Source: Actinomycetota bacterium (GTDB lineage: Bacteria > Actinomycetota > UBA4738 > HRBIN12). Taken from it: a DNA stretch of 38,762 nt. Below, piece after piece: positions 16,596 to 25,942 of the stretch. The notes under the pieces are model-generated. The model was not told the DNA's origin, ran no database searches, and saw only the letters and a program-made list of their open reading frames with translations. Position 1 is the first letter of the stretch; every line of letters starts with the position of its first letter. Both the position numbers and the translations under genes were made by a program. Location of the stretch: the NCBI GenBank assembly GCA_005885035.1, contig VAXZ01000115.1, positions 1-38,762 of the forward strand, given 5' to 3'.

Positions 16596-17159
16596 TCAGT
16601 TGTAGACGACGATCGTGCCGGCGACCTTGTCGTGCAGGGTCTGTCGCTGCCGGTCCCAGAGCATCCAGAGGTCGTCCAGCAACGTGATCAGCCCTGCGCC
16701 GGGGACGAACGATCCGAAGCTGACGATCAGCTGCAGGATCGGCCGGAGGAGCGCCTCGCGCCAACCGACGGCATTCCGTTCGGTCGTCCGGACCCTGATC
16801 CCGACCGCCAGCTTCCCGAGCGTCCCTCCGAAGAAGCGCACCAGCAGGGCCTGGTACGCGTACGTCGCGACGGCGACCCCGAGCGCCCAGCCTGCGTACC
16901 GCCCCATGTAGCGGGTCACGTCGACCCGCTGACCCGTGGCGATGGATCGGTCGATCTCGGTCGACATCCTGTTCCACACGGCGGCCAGGAACGGGATCCA
17001 GATCGGGATGAACACGAGCCCATCGATCAAGGTTGCGCCGACCCGTATCCAGAAGCTCGCGTACCGCGGCGCGGGCTGCGGAGGCGGCGGGGTCCAGGTC
17101 GCTTGGGGCGAGGCCGGTAACGGTGCGTCCGGCCGAGGCGGGAGGGGATGCTGATCCAT
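16596..17159 (-). CDS. RDD family membrane protein
   Basis: YASFWIRVGATLID, TLGK, RQTLHDKVAGTIVV. Confidence 0.9.
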   Translation of the reverse strand: MDQHPLPPRPDAPLPASPQATWTPPPPQPAPRYASFWIRVGATLIDGLVFIPIWIPFLAAVWNRMSTEIDRSIATGQRVDVTRYMGRYAGWALGVAVATYAYQALLVRFFGGTLGKLAVGIRVRTTERNAVGWREALLRPILQLIVSFGSFVPGAGLITLLDDLWMLWDRQRQTLHDKVAGTIVVYN

Positions 17160-17193
17160 GGTTGCGCACAGGCTACGGCCGCTCGGTGGCCAC

Positions 17194-17202
17194 TGCTACG
17201 AT
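17194..17202 (+). promoter_or_regulatory. Extended -10 for tRNA-Leu
   Basis: TGc-TACGAT 14 nt upstream of the tRNA. Confidence 0.5.
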
Positions 17203-17216
17203 TCCCTTTTCCCCAC

Positions 17217-17305
<89 letters not shown>

Positions 17306-17346
17306 CGCTTCCGTGGCGAGACGGTAGCCACGCGCAGCGACTCGAC

Positions 17347-17707
17347 CTAGCTCTTCGCGAACTTCTCCGCGGTCTCGCTGTGGAACTCGAGGGCCGAGTA
17401 GGTGGCTTCCCCCGACCCATGCGTCGTGGCCGGGAAGGATCTCGTAGACGTCGCCGGCACCGATGTCGAACTCGTGGCCTTCGTCCGTGACGACGTGCAA
17501 GCTGCCCGAGACGCAGTAGCCGACGTGGTGGCCTTGACAGGAGTCGGTACCGACGATCGGCTTGAGGTCGGTGGACCAACGCCAGCCTGGTTCGAACGTC
17601 GCCTGAGCGGCGGTTGAGCCGGCCAAACGGACAACATCGACCCTTCCATGTTCGAAGTCTCGGGTCTCGTCGGGTGCCTCGAAACGCTTCGTCGTCGCAT
17701 CGCCCAT
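17347..17707 (-). pseudogene. Cupin-domain protein with frameshift (or sequencing error)
   Basis: FEPGWRWS...DSCQGHHVGY...PGHDAWV in one frame and GEATYSALEF...FAKS* in another; the shift falls at a 5-G run (17413-17409). Confidence 0.7.
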
Positions 17708-17859
17708 CTGCGGATCCCTTTCCTCTGGTGGTCGGTCAGTCAACAACCTCTCGGGGCTGAAGGTCAATGCGGCCGATCCATATGTGGGGTCTGACGGGCC
17801 GCCGTCCCCTGATCCACCCATCCGCCGGCGACCCGCAGCCGGGGTAAGGTTCGCGTCAC

Positions 17860-18783
17860 ATGGGGGTGATCGAGCTCCACGGTCTCCGCAAGGAGTACCG
17901 GAGGATCCGCGGCGGGCGGACGGTTGCCGTCGATGGGCTCGACCTGGAGGTCCCCGATGGCGGTGTCTTCGGATTCCTCGGTCCGAACGGTGCCGGCAAG
18001 ACCACCACGATCCGATGCGTGCTGGGGCTGGTTCGGCCGAACGCCGGCAGCCTCATGTTGCTGGGGGCCGACGTGTCGGGCGGCCTCGCCAGCGTGATCG
18101 GCAAGGTTGGCTCGATCGTGGAGCAACCCGCGCTCTTCCCTCGATTCACCGGCCGCCGCAACCTGGAGATCCTGGGACGGATCCACCGCGTCGCGCGAAG
18201 CACCATCGACGACGTGCTCGAACGCGTGCGCCTGTCAGAGCGCGCCGACGACCCCGTGCGCACCTATTCCCTGGGGATGAAGCAGAGACTGGGGATCGCC
18301 GCCGCGTTGTTGAAGGATCCGTCGGTGCTGCTCCTGGATGAACCGGCGAACGGGCTGGACCCGGCGGGGATCGTCGAGGTGCGCGAGCTGATCCGCTCGC
18401 TCGGCGCCGAAGGGCGAACCGTCTTCGTGTCGAGCCACATCCTGTCCGAGGTGCAGCAGACGGCCGATCAGGTCGCGATCATCGCGCGCGGGCGGCTCGT
18501 GAAGGCTGGGCCCGTGAACGAGGTGCTTGCCGCCGGGCGCGCGCGAGGGCTCGTCGTCAGGCTCGCGGATCTTCCGGCCGGTGCGCGTGTCCTGGCGGAC
18601 GCGCAGATCCCCGCCGTCGTCGCGGGAGACACGCTCAGCGTGGAGCTCCCGCCCGACCAGGCGGAGCGGGTGACGCGCGTGCTCGCGGCCAAGGACCTGT
18701 ACGTGTCGGAGCTCCGGCCCCAGGAGGTCGATCTGGAGACCGTCTTCCTGGAGCTGACGAAGGACGAAGGGCTCGGGCCGTGA
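17860..18783 (+). CDS. ABC transporter ATP-binding protein (ABC-2/BcrA-like)
   Basis: GPNGAGKT, YSLGMKQRL, LLLDEP, SSH. Confidence 0.93.
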   Translation: MGVIELHGLRKEYRRIRGGRTVAVDGLDLEVPDGGVFGFLGPNGAGKTTTIRCVLGLVRPNAGSLMLLGADVSGGLASVIGKVGSIVEQPALFPRFTGRRNLEILGRIHRVARSTIDDVLERVRLSERADDPVRTYSLGMKQRLGIAAALLKDPSVLLLDEPANGLDPAGIVEVRELIRSLGAEGRTVFVSSHILSEVQQTADQVAIIARGRLVKAGPVNEVLAAGRARGLVVRLADLPAGARVLADAQIPAVVAGDTLSVELPPDQAERVTRVLAAKDLYVSELRPQEVDLETVFLELTKDEGLGP

Positions 18784-19733
18784 TCCACCTGTTCCGGTCG
18801 GAATTCCTACGAGCGCGATCGCGCCGGATCCTCCCCATGATGCTCGTCGGCGGCGTCTTGCTGATCGTCGTGGCGATGGTGATCGCGGGGGCTCACTCGC
18901 ACAAGCCGACCCAGGCGGACATCGATACCGCACAGGCCCGCTTCCAGAAGCAGTTCGCGAGTTGCATGCAGGGTCGGGTCCTCGGACCCGGGGCGCAGCT
19001 TCCTCCCGGTTACACCTCGCTCGACCAGTTCTGCGCCGACGAGGCTGCGCCGAACGTCGACACGGCCCTACAGTTCCGCGATGTCGCGCTCGTGATCGAG
19101 CACACCTCGACGTTCGTCGTCCTGCTCGGCGTCGCCCTCGCGGCTTCGCTCGGAGGCGCCGACTGGTCGGCCGGCACGATGACCACGCTGCTCACGTGGG
19201 AACCACGGCGGATCCGCGTGCTGCTGATCCGCGCGATCGTCGTCGCGCTCGTGGTTGCGCTCGTCACGCTCTTCCTGCAAGGGGTACTGCTGGGAGCGTT
19301 CAGCCTCGCGGTCGCGCTCCGGGGGACCAGTCTCGGGGCTCCACCGGGACTGGTGGGCACCGCCGTGCGGACCGCCCTTCGGGTCTCGACCGTGGCCGCT
19401 GGATTCGGCTTGGTCGCGCTCTCGGTGGCGACGATCGGTCGTTCGACGGTCGCGGCACTCGGCGTCCTCTTCGGCTATCTCGTGCTCTTCGAGGGCGTGA
19501 TCGCTGGGTTCCGTCCGAGCATCCAGGACCGGCTCCTCGTTCGGGCCGGCGGGGTGATCGTGTCCCAACAGCCCATCTACGACCAGAGCCATGAGTCCTT
19601 CTCGTCGCTCGGTCCTCTCAGCTCGCCCCCGGTGTTGCTCGGGCTCACCGAAGCGTGGGTCGTCGCGGCCGCCTACGTGGCGGTGCTGATGGTCGTGGCG
19701 CTCCTCGTGTTCCGTGCGCGCGACGTGAACTGA
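18780..19733 (+). CDS. ABC-2 type permease
   Basis: About six TM helices, GADWSAGTMTTLLTWEPRR, C-terminal FRARDV; GTGA overlap. Confidence 0.88.
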   Translation: MIHLFRSEFLRARSRRILPMMLVGGVLLIVVAMVIAGAHSHKPTQADIDTAQARFQKQFASCMQGRVLGPGAQLPPGYTSLDQFCADEAAPNVDTALQFRDVALVIEHTSTFVVLLGVALAASLGGADWSAGTMTTLLTWEPRRIRVLLIRAIVVALVVALVTLFLQGVLLGAFSLAVALRGTSLGAPPGLVGTAVRTALRVSTVAAGFGLVALSVATIGRSTVAALGVLFGYLVLFEGVIAGFRPSIQDRLLVRAGGVIVSQQPIYDQSHESFSSLGPLSSPPVLLGLTEAWVVAAAYVAVLMVVALLVFRARDVN

Positions 19734-19814
19734 CCGCCGTATACTTCGGTCCCTCACGAAACCGCCTCTGACGTGCGGTTCCGCCCCGTCGAGAACATCC
19801 GGAGGCCGATGCGG

Positions 19815-20297
19815 ATGACGCTTTCCGCCCATACGCTGACGCTGGTCGCCCTGATCGCGATCGGGTTGTCGCTGCTGGCGATCGGCTTCGTGGTGTTCGC
19901 CGGCGGGTCGGGAGACCGGGAGCCGGCCAGCGTGTTGACGGGCGACGATGCCGTGGGCGCGCTCCTCGGGAAGATCGAGCGGCTCGAGCAAGCGGTCCGA
20001 GCGCTGAACGGCACCGACCGGCGCCAGCAGTTCCAGATCGAGGGCAGCGTGCGGCGGGTGGCGCTGCTGCGCTACGACGCGTTCGAAGATGTCGGCGGCC
20101 GGCTCTCCTTCTCGTGTGCGATGCTCGACGAGCACGGGACCGGTGTGGTCCTCACGTCCATCAACGGACGACAAGAGACGCGCGTCTATGCCAAACCCGT
20201 CACCGCAGGGACCAGCACGTACAACCTGTCGGCCGAAGAGGAAGAGGCGATCAGGCTGGCGATGACGGAGGATCACGAGGCGGCCGAGGCTCGATGA
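19815..20297 (+). CDS. DUF4446-like membrane-anchored protein
   Basis: RYDAFEDVGGRLSFS, GVVLTSINGRQETRVYAK, LSAEEEEA; GGAGG 9 nt before ATG 19815; TATACT at 19740-19745. Confidence 0.8.
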   Translation: MTLSAHTLTLVALIAIGLSLLAIGFVVFAGGSGDREPASVLTGDDAVGALLGKIERLEQAVRALNGTDRRQQFQIEGSVRRVALLRYDAFEDVGGRLSFSCAMLDEHGTGVVLTSINGRQETRVYAKPVTAGTSTYNLSAEEEEAIRLAMTEDHEAAEAR

Positions 20298-20803
20298 TCT
20301 GGCGGCGCGACGATGCGGAGCCCGAACAAGCGGAACCACCGCGCGTGCCGGCTCCCCCGGAACGAAAGGACAGGGACATGGCCGAGAACGGCGAGGTCAC
20401 GATCGTCGGAACGGGTGCGCGTCTGGAAGGCAACGTGGTGTCAGCGGGCAACCTGCGGATAGACGGCCAGGTGAAGGGGCAGATCAACGCGGACGGCGAC
20501 GTCGTGCTGTCGCCGCAGTCACAGGTCGAGGCCGACATCCGCTCGCAGAACGTCAGCGTGGCCGGCCGGTTCAAAGGCAACATCCTCGTCAAGGGCAAGG
20601 CGCACCTCGCGCGCGGCGGGCGGATCGACGGGAACATCACGTCGAAGACCCTCGTCGTCGAGGAGGGCGGCATCTTCCACGGGCAGAGCAACATGGACGC
20701 CGGAGCCGGATCGGGCTCGCCGTCGACGCAGGCCTCGCAGCAGTCCGCTGGCGCGGCCGCGAAGGAGGGAGAGGAGAAGAAGCCCGACCAAGTGAAGGTG
20801 TGA
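20294..20803 (+). CDS. Bactofilin (polymer-forming cytoskeletal protein)
   Basis: TIVGTGARLEGNV...LRIDGQVKGQI...VAGRFKGNI...IDGNITSKTLVVEEGGIFHG beta-helix; ATGA overlap with upstream gene (alternative start 20378). Confidence 0.88.
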   Translation: MIWRRDDAEPEQAEPPRVPAPPERKDRDMAENGEVTIVGTGARLEGNVVSAGNLRIDGQVKGQINADGDVVLSPQSQVEADIRSQNVSVAGRFKGNILVKGKAHLARGGRIDGNITSKTLVVEEGGIFHGQSNMDAGAGSGSPSTQASQQSAGAAAKEGEEKKPDQVKV

Positions 20804-20807
20804 CCGC

Positions 20808-22082
20808 ATGCTCGACATCAAGCTGATCCGGGAAGACCCGGAGCCGTTCCGCGAGGCGCTCGCCCGCCGGGGCTTGGCGGAGCGCGTCGATGAGCTGTTG
20901 AAGGCGGACGAGCGGCGGCGGGAGCTGACCCGGCGCGTCGAAGACCTGAGAGCGGAGCAGAACCGTTCGTCGAAGGCGATCGGTGGCGCGCAGGGCGACG
21001 AGAAGCAGCGGTTGATCGCGGAGGTCGCGAAGGTGAGCGCCGAGCTGAAGGAGCTCGATCCGCAGCTCGCCGAAGCGGAGACGGTTCTCACCCTGCTCCT
21101 TGCGGCCACCCCGAACCTCCCACACCCAAGCTCTCCCGACGGCTTCACCGACGAGGATGCCGTCGAGGTCCGGCGCAATCACGACGAGCTCCCCGCATTC
21201 GACTTCGAGCCGAAGGATCATGCCGAGCTCGGCGCGGCCCTCGGCGTGCTGGACGTGGAGCGCGGCGCGCGCACGAGCGGCTCGCGGTTCGTCTACCTGA
21301 TGAGGGACATCGTCTTCGTCCAGTTCGCGCTGATGCGGAGCGCCATGGACGTCCTCACCGACAAGGGCTTCATCCCGGTGATCCCGCCGGTCCTGGTCCG
21401 CGAGGAGGCGATGTACGGGACGGGGTTCCTCCCGACGGACGCCGTGAACATCTACCGAACGGCCGAGGACGATCTGTATCTGATCGGTACCGCCGAGGTG
21501 TCGCTGGCGGCGCTCCACCTGGGCGAGATCCTGGAGGAGGCGGATCTGCCGGCTCGCTACGCGGGGTACTCGACGTGCTTCCGGCGCGAGGCCGGCACCT
21601 ACGGTAAGGACACCGGCGGGATGTTCCGGGTCCACCAGTTCGACAAGGTGGAGATGTTCTCGTTCACCACACCGGAGTCCAGCTGGGACGAGCACGAGTA
21701 CCTCGTGAGCGTCGAGGAGGAGGTTCTCGGCAAGCTCGAGCTCCCGTACCGGGTCGTCAACATCGCCGCGGGCGATCTCGGCGGCGCGGCCGCGAAGAAG
21801 TACGACATCGAGGTGTGGCTCCCCGGTCAGCAGCGCTACCGGGAGCTGACGAGCTGCTCGAACACGACGGACTACCAGGCGCGCCGGATGCAGACCCGAT
21901 TACGCAGGAGCGACGGCACCGTCGAAACGCTGCATACGCTGAACGGAACCGCCACGGCGATCGGACGGACCCTGATCGCGATCATGGAGAACCATCAGCA
22001 GGCCGACGGCTCCGTCGTCATCCCCGAGCATCTGTGGCAGTACCTGCCGGAGCGGGCAAGGCTGCTGACGCCTCGCACGTAG
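20808..22082 (+). CDS. serS: Serine--tRNA ligase
   Basis: MLDIKLIR, GTAEV, FRREAG, FRVHQFDKVE, ELTSCSN, TLNGT. Confidence 0.97.
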   Translation: MLDIKLIREDPEPFREALARRGLAERVDELLKADERRRELTRRVEDLRAEQNRSSKAIGGAQGDEKQRLIAEVAKVSAELKELDPQLAEAETVLTLLLAATPNLPHPSSPDGFTDEDAVEVRRNHDELPAFDFEPKDHAELGAALGVLDVERGARTSGSRFVYLMRDIVFVQFALMRSAMDVLTDKGFIPVIPPVLVREEAMYGTGFLPTDAVNIYRTAEDDLYLIGTAEVSLAALHLGEILEEADLPARYAGYSTCFRREAGTYGKDTGGMFRVHQFDKVEMFSFTTPESSWDEHEYLVSVEEEVLGKLELPYRVVNIAAGDLGGAAAKKYDIEVWLPGQQRYRELTSCSNTTDYQARRMQTRLRRSDGTVETLHTLNGTATAIGRTLIAIMENHQQADGSVVIPEHLWQYLPERARLLTPRT

Positions 22083-22103
22083 CGCGGACTGCGTAGGTTG
22101 GTC

Positions 22104-24269
22104 TCAGCCCTGCTGTTCCGCCTGGTCCTCGACCGGAGCACGGACCGGCTCCTCCGGAGCGTGCCGCGACGTCACGTCGATCGTGACCCCGTGCCAGGTC
22201 TCCGGCTCCCATCCTTGCGGCGTCACCCGGCGGCCAACGCTGTGGATCCACCGGACCGAACCATCACGATGGATCACTCGGTACTCGTCGTCCCATACGC
22301 CCGTGCGATCGGATGCCTCGTTCGCTCGTGTTACGCGCTCGCGGTCGTCCGGATGGACGAGCCGAGGGAAGTGGTAGGGCTCCGCAACCAGCTCCTCGGA
22401 CGTGTACCCCACGAGCTCGTACGCCTGCGCACCCATGAAGACGTACCGGGTCCATCCGGAGTCCGGGTCCTGGGTATGGGTCCACGGGATGGCGGGCATC
22501 CCGTCGATCAGATCGCGCAGGATCGCATGCTCGGCGGCGAGCGCGTCCTCGGTCGCCCGGCGGGTCGTCACGTCGAGCATCACGCCCTGGAATCGGATCG
22601 GCCGCCCGATCTGGTCGCGCTCGACGCAGCGGCCTCGATCGTTCAGCCAGACGATCCGGCCGTCCGCGGCGATCATCCGGTAGTCGACGTCCCACGGTTC
22701 CCCACCTTCGGCGTTGGCCCGCGTCTGCGCCACGACCTGGTCGCGATCATCCGGATGCATCAGCTCGAACCATCGTGCGGGCTCGTTCCACGCTTCGCGT
22801 GGCAGCTCGAGGATCTCGGACATCAGCGGTCCCATGTATCGGTGTTCGATCCGCAGCTGCTCTCCGTGGTCGACCTCGAAGGTGTACGGGACCACGGGGC
22901 CGAGCTCGGCGAGCTCGCGGAACCGCTGCTCCGCCTCCGCCGCCTTGCGCTCGGCGTCCAGGCGCGCCGTCAGGTCGATCAGGACCCCTTGGAACAGGAA
23001 CGGCGCGCCCGCCGCGTTGCGAGCGAGCATCGTGGCGCGGTCGAGCACCTGCACGATCCCGCCGTTCTTGTCGAAGTAGCGGTATCGCATCTCGAACGGT
23101 TCACCGGTTCTGCAGCTGTGTTCCCAGCCGTCCTCGACCCGGTCGCGGTCGTGCGGATGCAGTCGGCTCATCCGGATCCGGTCGTCCTGCCATTCGGTCG
23201 TCGTGAAGCCGAGGAGCTCCTCGATCTGCGGGCTCGAGTACGAGTGGTCGCGGCCGTCGTCCGACGCGGCGACCTGTCGCCGATACACGACGGCGGGCAG
23301 GTCCTCGACGAGGTGCCGGAATCGCTCCTCGGCGGACCGCAGCTCCCTTTCGACCCGGCGTCGCTCGTCGATCTCGAGCGTCATGACCTCGTTCGCGTCT
23401 TCCAGCTGCGCGGTCCGGGCCAGCACGCGGAACTCGAGGTCGTCGTTCGAGGTTCGCAGTCCCTCCTCCGCTTCCTTCTGTGCCGTGATGTCCACCATCA
23501 CGCCCTGCCAGTTGAGCGGGCGGCCGTCTTGATCGCGCAGCAGGACTGCCTGGTCACGGACCCAAACCACGCGTCCGTCTGCGGCGATCACCCGGTACTC
23601 CCGCGACCAAGGACCACCCGTGGCGCTGTGCAGATCATGGGCGGCGAGCTCGATCTCGCGGTCGTCTGGGTGTAGCAGCTCCACCCAGATGTCCTGCTGG
23701 TCGAGCCACTCCTCCCGGGTGTAGCCGAACAGGGCCTCGATGTGTGGACTCGCGTAGAGCGTGCGCCGCTGGTCGTCGAGGCCCATCTCGTAGACGACCG
23801 CGGGGATGCCCTCCACGAGTGCCCGGTACCGGGCTTCGCTGGTGGCAAGTTCGCGCTCCGCATGGACACGGTCCGTGATGTCGATGAGCACACCGCGCCA
23901 ATGGAGTCGGTTGCCGTCCGCGTCGCTGATCAGGACGGAATGATCGTGCACCCACACCTCGGTCCCGTCGGGGCGGAGGTGACGGAACTCTCGGTCGAAG
24001 GGGCCTCCCTGTTCCAAGGCCACCTTCCACGCCTCGAGCACGCCGGCCAGGTCGTCGGGATGAACCAGCCGAACCCAGTCCCGGCCGGCCTCGAGGAAGA
24101 ACGCCGGCGGGTATCCGAGGATCGCTTCAACGTTCGGGCTGATGTACAGGGTGTGCGGGAGCCTCTCGTCGGAGTCGATGTAGATCACGGCCGGGAGGTG
24201 GTCCACGATCGACCGCAGGTCCGCTTCAGGGTCGGACCCGTGAGGGATCCAAGAGACGTCGCTGGTCAC
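22104..24269 (-). CDS. Multi-PAS/PAC protein (five PAS) without recognisable output domain
   Basis: Five repeats of W..(L)HP(D/H)D...YR...DG...W...GV..D(I/L/V)T; central coiled coil. Confidence 0.85.
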   Translation of the reverse strand: MTSDVSWIPHGSDPEADLRSIVDHLPAVIYIDSDERLPHTLYISPNVEAILGYPPAFFLEAGRDWVRLVHPDDLAGVLEAWKVALEQGGPFDREFRHLRPDGTEVWVHDHSVLISDADGNRLHWRGVLIDITDRVHAERELATSEARYRALVEGIPAVVYEMGLDDQRRTLYASPHIEALFGYTREEWLDQQDIWVELLHPDDREIELAAHDLHSATGGPWSREYRVIAADGRVVWVRDQAVLLRDQDGRPLNWQGVMVDITAQKEAEEGLRTSNDDLEFRVLARTAQLEDANEVMTLEIDERRRVERELRSAEERFRHLVEDLPAVVYRRQVAASDDGRDHSYSSPQIEELLGFTTTEWQDDRIRMSRLHPHDRDRVEDGWEHSCRTGEPFEMRYRYFDKNGGIVQVLDRATMLARNAAGAPFLFQGVLIDLTARLDAERKAAEAEQRFRELAELGPVVPYTFEVDHGEQLRIEHRYMGPLMSEILELPREAWNEPARWFELMHPDDRDQVVAQTRANAEGGEPWDVDYRMIAADGRIVWLNDRGRCVERDQIGRPIRFQGVMLDVTTRRATEDALAAEHAILRDLIDGMPAIPWTHTQDPDSGWTRYVFMGAQAYELVGYTSEELVAEPYHFPRLVHPDDRERVTRANEASDRTGVWDDEYRVIHRDGSVRWIHSVGRRVTPQGWEPETWHGVTIDVTSRHAPEEPVRAPVEDQAEQQG

Positions 24270-24317
24270 CGCTGCAGCGTAGCGGACTTCCTCCGCCTTT
24301 CGCTCGTTCGCGGGCGA

Positions 24318-25181
24318 CTACGCCTTCGTGTACTTCTGAACGAACGCGAGCGCGATGTCGGCGACCTCTTGCCAGCCGTGGTCGATCGTGAGTGCGTGGC
24401 CACGGCCCGGGACCTTCATGATCTCGGTCACGCCTTCGTTGCGTCTCTGGCGCCTGTAGGACGCGTTCGCGATGGCCCACGGAACCACGTGGTCCTTCTC
24501 GCCGTCCAGGATCAGCATCGGGCCGCGCTTCGGGTTCCTCGTGTTGACCTTCGCCTCGGTCCACGGGTTGAGGTTCGCGGAAGCGGCCTGGAAGAGTGGT
24601 TCACCTGACGTCGGGACCGAGAAGGTCTCGTACAGCTCCTTGGCTTCCTCCTCGCTCACGGCGTTGGCGAACGAGTAGCGGAACTGCTCGTAGGTGAGCG
24701 GCACCGCGCGGTGGTAGTTCGCGGGGTTCTTGAGGACCGGCGAAGCGGACCGCAGCGACGAGATCGGCAACGGGAGCACGCCCCGGAACGGCGCTGGATC
24801 GATCGCCACGGACGCCTTGGCCAAACCGCGACCTGCGAGGATCTGGGCGAGCAACCCGCCGAAGGAGTGGCCGATGATGGCCGGCTTCTTCTTCAGTCCA
24901 CGGATGACGTCTTCGAAGTGATCCGCGACATCACCGACGGACTTGTTTGCGAACACCTCGGGATGTGCCTTGGCCTGGGCGACCGTGTCGGGGTCATCCG
25001 GCCAGCCGGGCGTCAGCGCGGTGTATCCGTTCTTCTCGAAGAGCTCCGCCCACCGATCCCAGCTGCTGGGGAGCAACCACAGTCCGTGAACGAACACGAC
25101 TGGCGTGCTCCCGACCGTGTTCGCACGATCCACCTGCTTCGCCTCGTGCTCGGTGATCGGCGCGTGCTCCTTGTCCTTCAT
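24318..25181 (-). CDS. Alpha/beta hydrolase (non-heme haloperoxidase-like)
   Basis: FVHGLW, GHSFGG nucleophile elbow, GEKDH, RGH. Confidence 0.88.
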   Translation of the reverse strand: MKDKEHAPITEHEAKQVDRANTVGSTPVVFVHGLWLLPSSWDRWAELFEKNGYTALTPGWPDDPDTVAQAKAHPEVFANKSVGDVADHFEDVIRGLKKKPAIIGHSFGGLLAQILAGRGLAKASVAIDPAPFRGVLPLPISSLRSASPVLKNPANYHRAVPLTYEQFRYSFANAVSEEEAKELYETFSVPTSGEPLFQAASANLNPWTEAKVNTRNPKRGPMLILDGEKDHVVPWAIANASYRRQRRNEGVTEIMKVPGRGHALTIDHGWQEVADIALAFVQKYTKA

Positions 25182-25276
25182 GCTGCACCCCCCGCTGTCG
25201 TCGCGTCGGACCCGCTTCCGGGCGCCACCCTAGGCGGCACCTCGAGATCGGACAAACGCGGCGGTACGCTCCTCGC

Positions 25277-25363
25277 GGGAGGATGGCCGAGCGGACGAAG
25301 GCGACGGTCTTGAAAACCGTTAGCGGGGCAACTCGCTCCAGGGTTCGAATCCCTGTCCTCCCG
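25277..25363 (+). tRNA. tRNA-Ser(TGA), CCA not encoded
   Basis: GGGAGGA/TCCTCCC acceptor stem, ACGGT-ctTGAaa-ACCGT anticodon arm, long variable arm, GGTTCGAATCC, G discriminator; TACGCT -10 at 25265-25270. Confidence 0.93.
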
Positions 25364-25386
25364 CAAAAGATCTCCGCGTTCGCCCG

Positions 25387-25893
25387 TCATTCATCGGTGA
25401 AGTCCCCGGCAAGCATCTCCATCAGCAAGCCGTCGTGCCATATCCCGTCCGTGCCGCGCTCGTATTCACGCATGACGCCCACTTCGCGGAAGCCCACGCG
25501 TCGATACGCTCGGATCGCTCGTTCGTTATCGACGGCGGGATCGATGGTAAGCCGATGGTGCCCACGTTCCTCGATCAGAAAGCGAGCGAGCGTTCGGACA
25601 GCGTCCGATCCCAGCCCCTGACCGTGACGAGCAGCCGTGATGAATACGTCGATGCCAGCGTGTCTGTACATCGGGTCGTTTTCCTCGTCGAACTGGATAG
25701 CCCCGATGACTTCGTCATCGACGACGATCACCGATGCGTTGTCTGCTTCCACGAACTCTTTGACGACATCATCCTCTGACCAGTGTGACCCCCAGCGTGC
25801 GGCGACCTCCGCCTCCCTGAGGATCGCGAGAAGACTCGGTACGTCTCCGGCTGCACCAGGCCGCAATACAACCTGCTTCCCCTGAAGGACCAC
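25387..25893 (-). CDS. GNAT N-acetyltransferase (RimJ/AAC(6')-like)
   Basis: HGQGLG acetyl-CoA motif, LTIDPAVDNERAIRAYRRVGF. Confidence 0.85.
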   Translation of the reverse strand: MVLQGKQVVLRPGAAGDVPSLLAILREAEVAARWGSHWSEDDVVKEFVEADNASVIVVDDEVIGAIQFDEENDPMYRHAGIDVFITAARHGQGLGSDAVRTLARFLIEERGHHRLTIDPAVDNERAIRAYRRVGFREVGVMREYERGTDGIWHDGLLMEMLAGDFTDE

Positions 25894-25942
25894 AGCGGGA
25901 ACATAGCCGACACGTCATCCCTGCAGAGGTGACCAAAACTGC

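Noticed and set aside
17735-17770. MerR-like promoter/operator upstream of the cupin gene (TTGACC...ACCT/AGGT)
   Set aside because: Dyad is imperfect and there is no convincing -10 at 19-bp spacing
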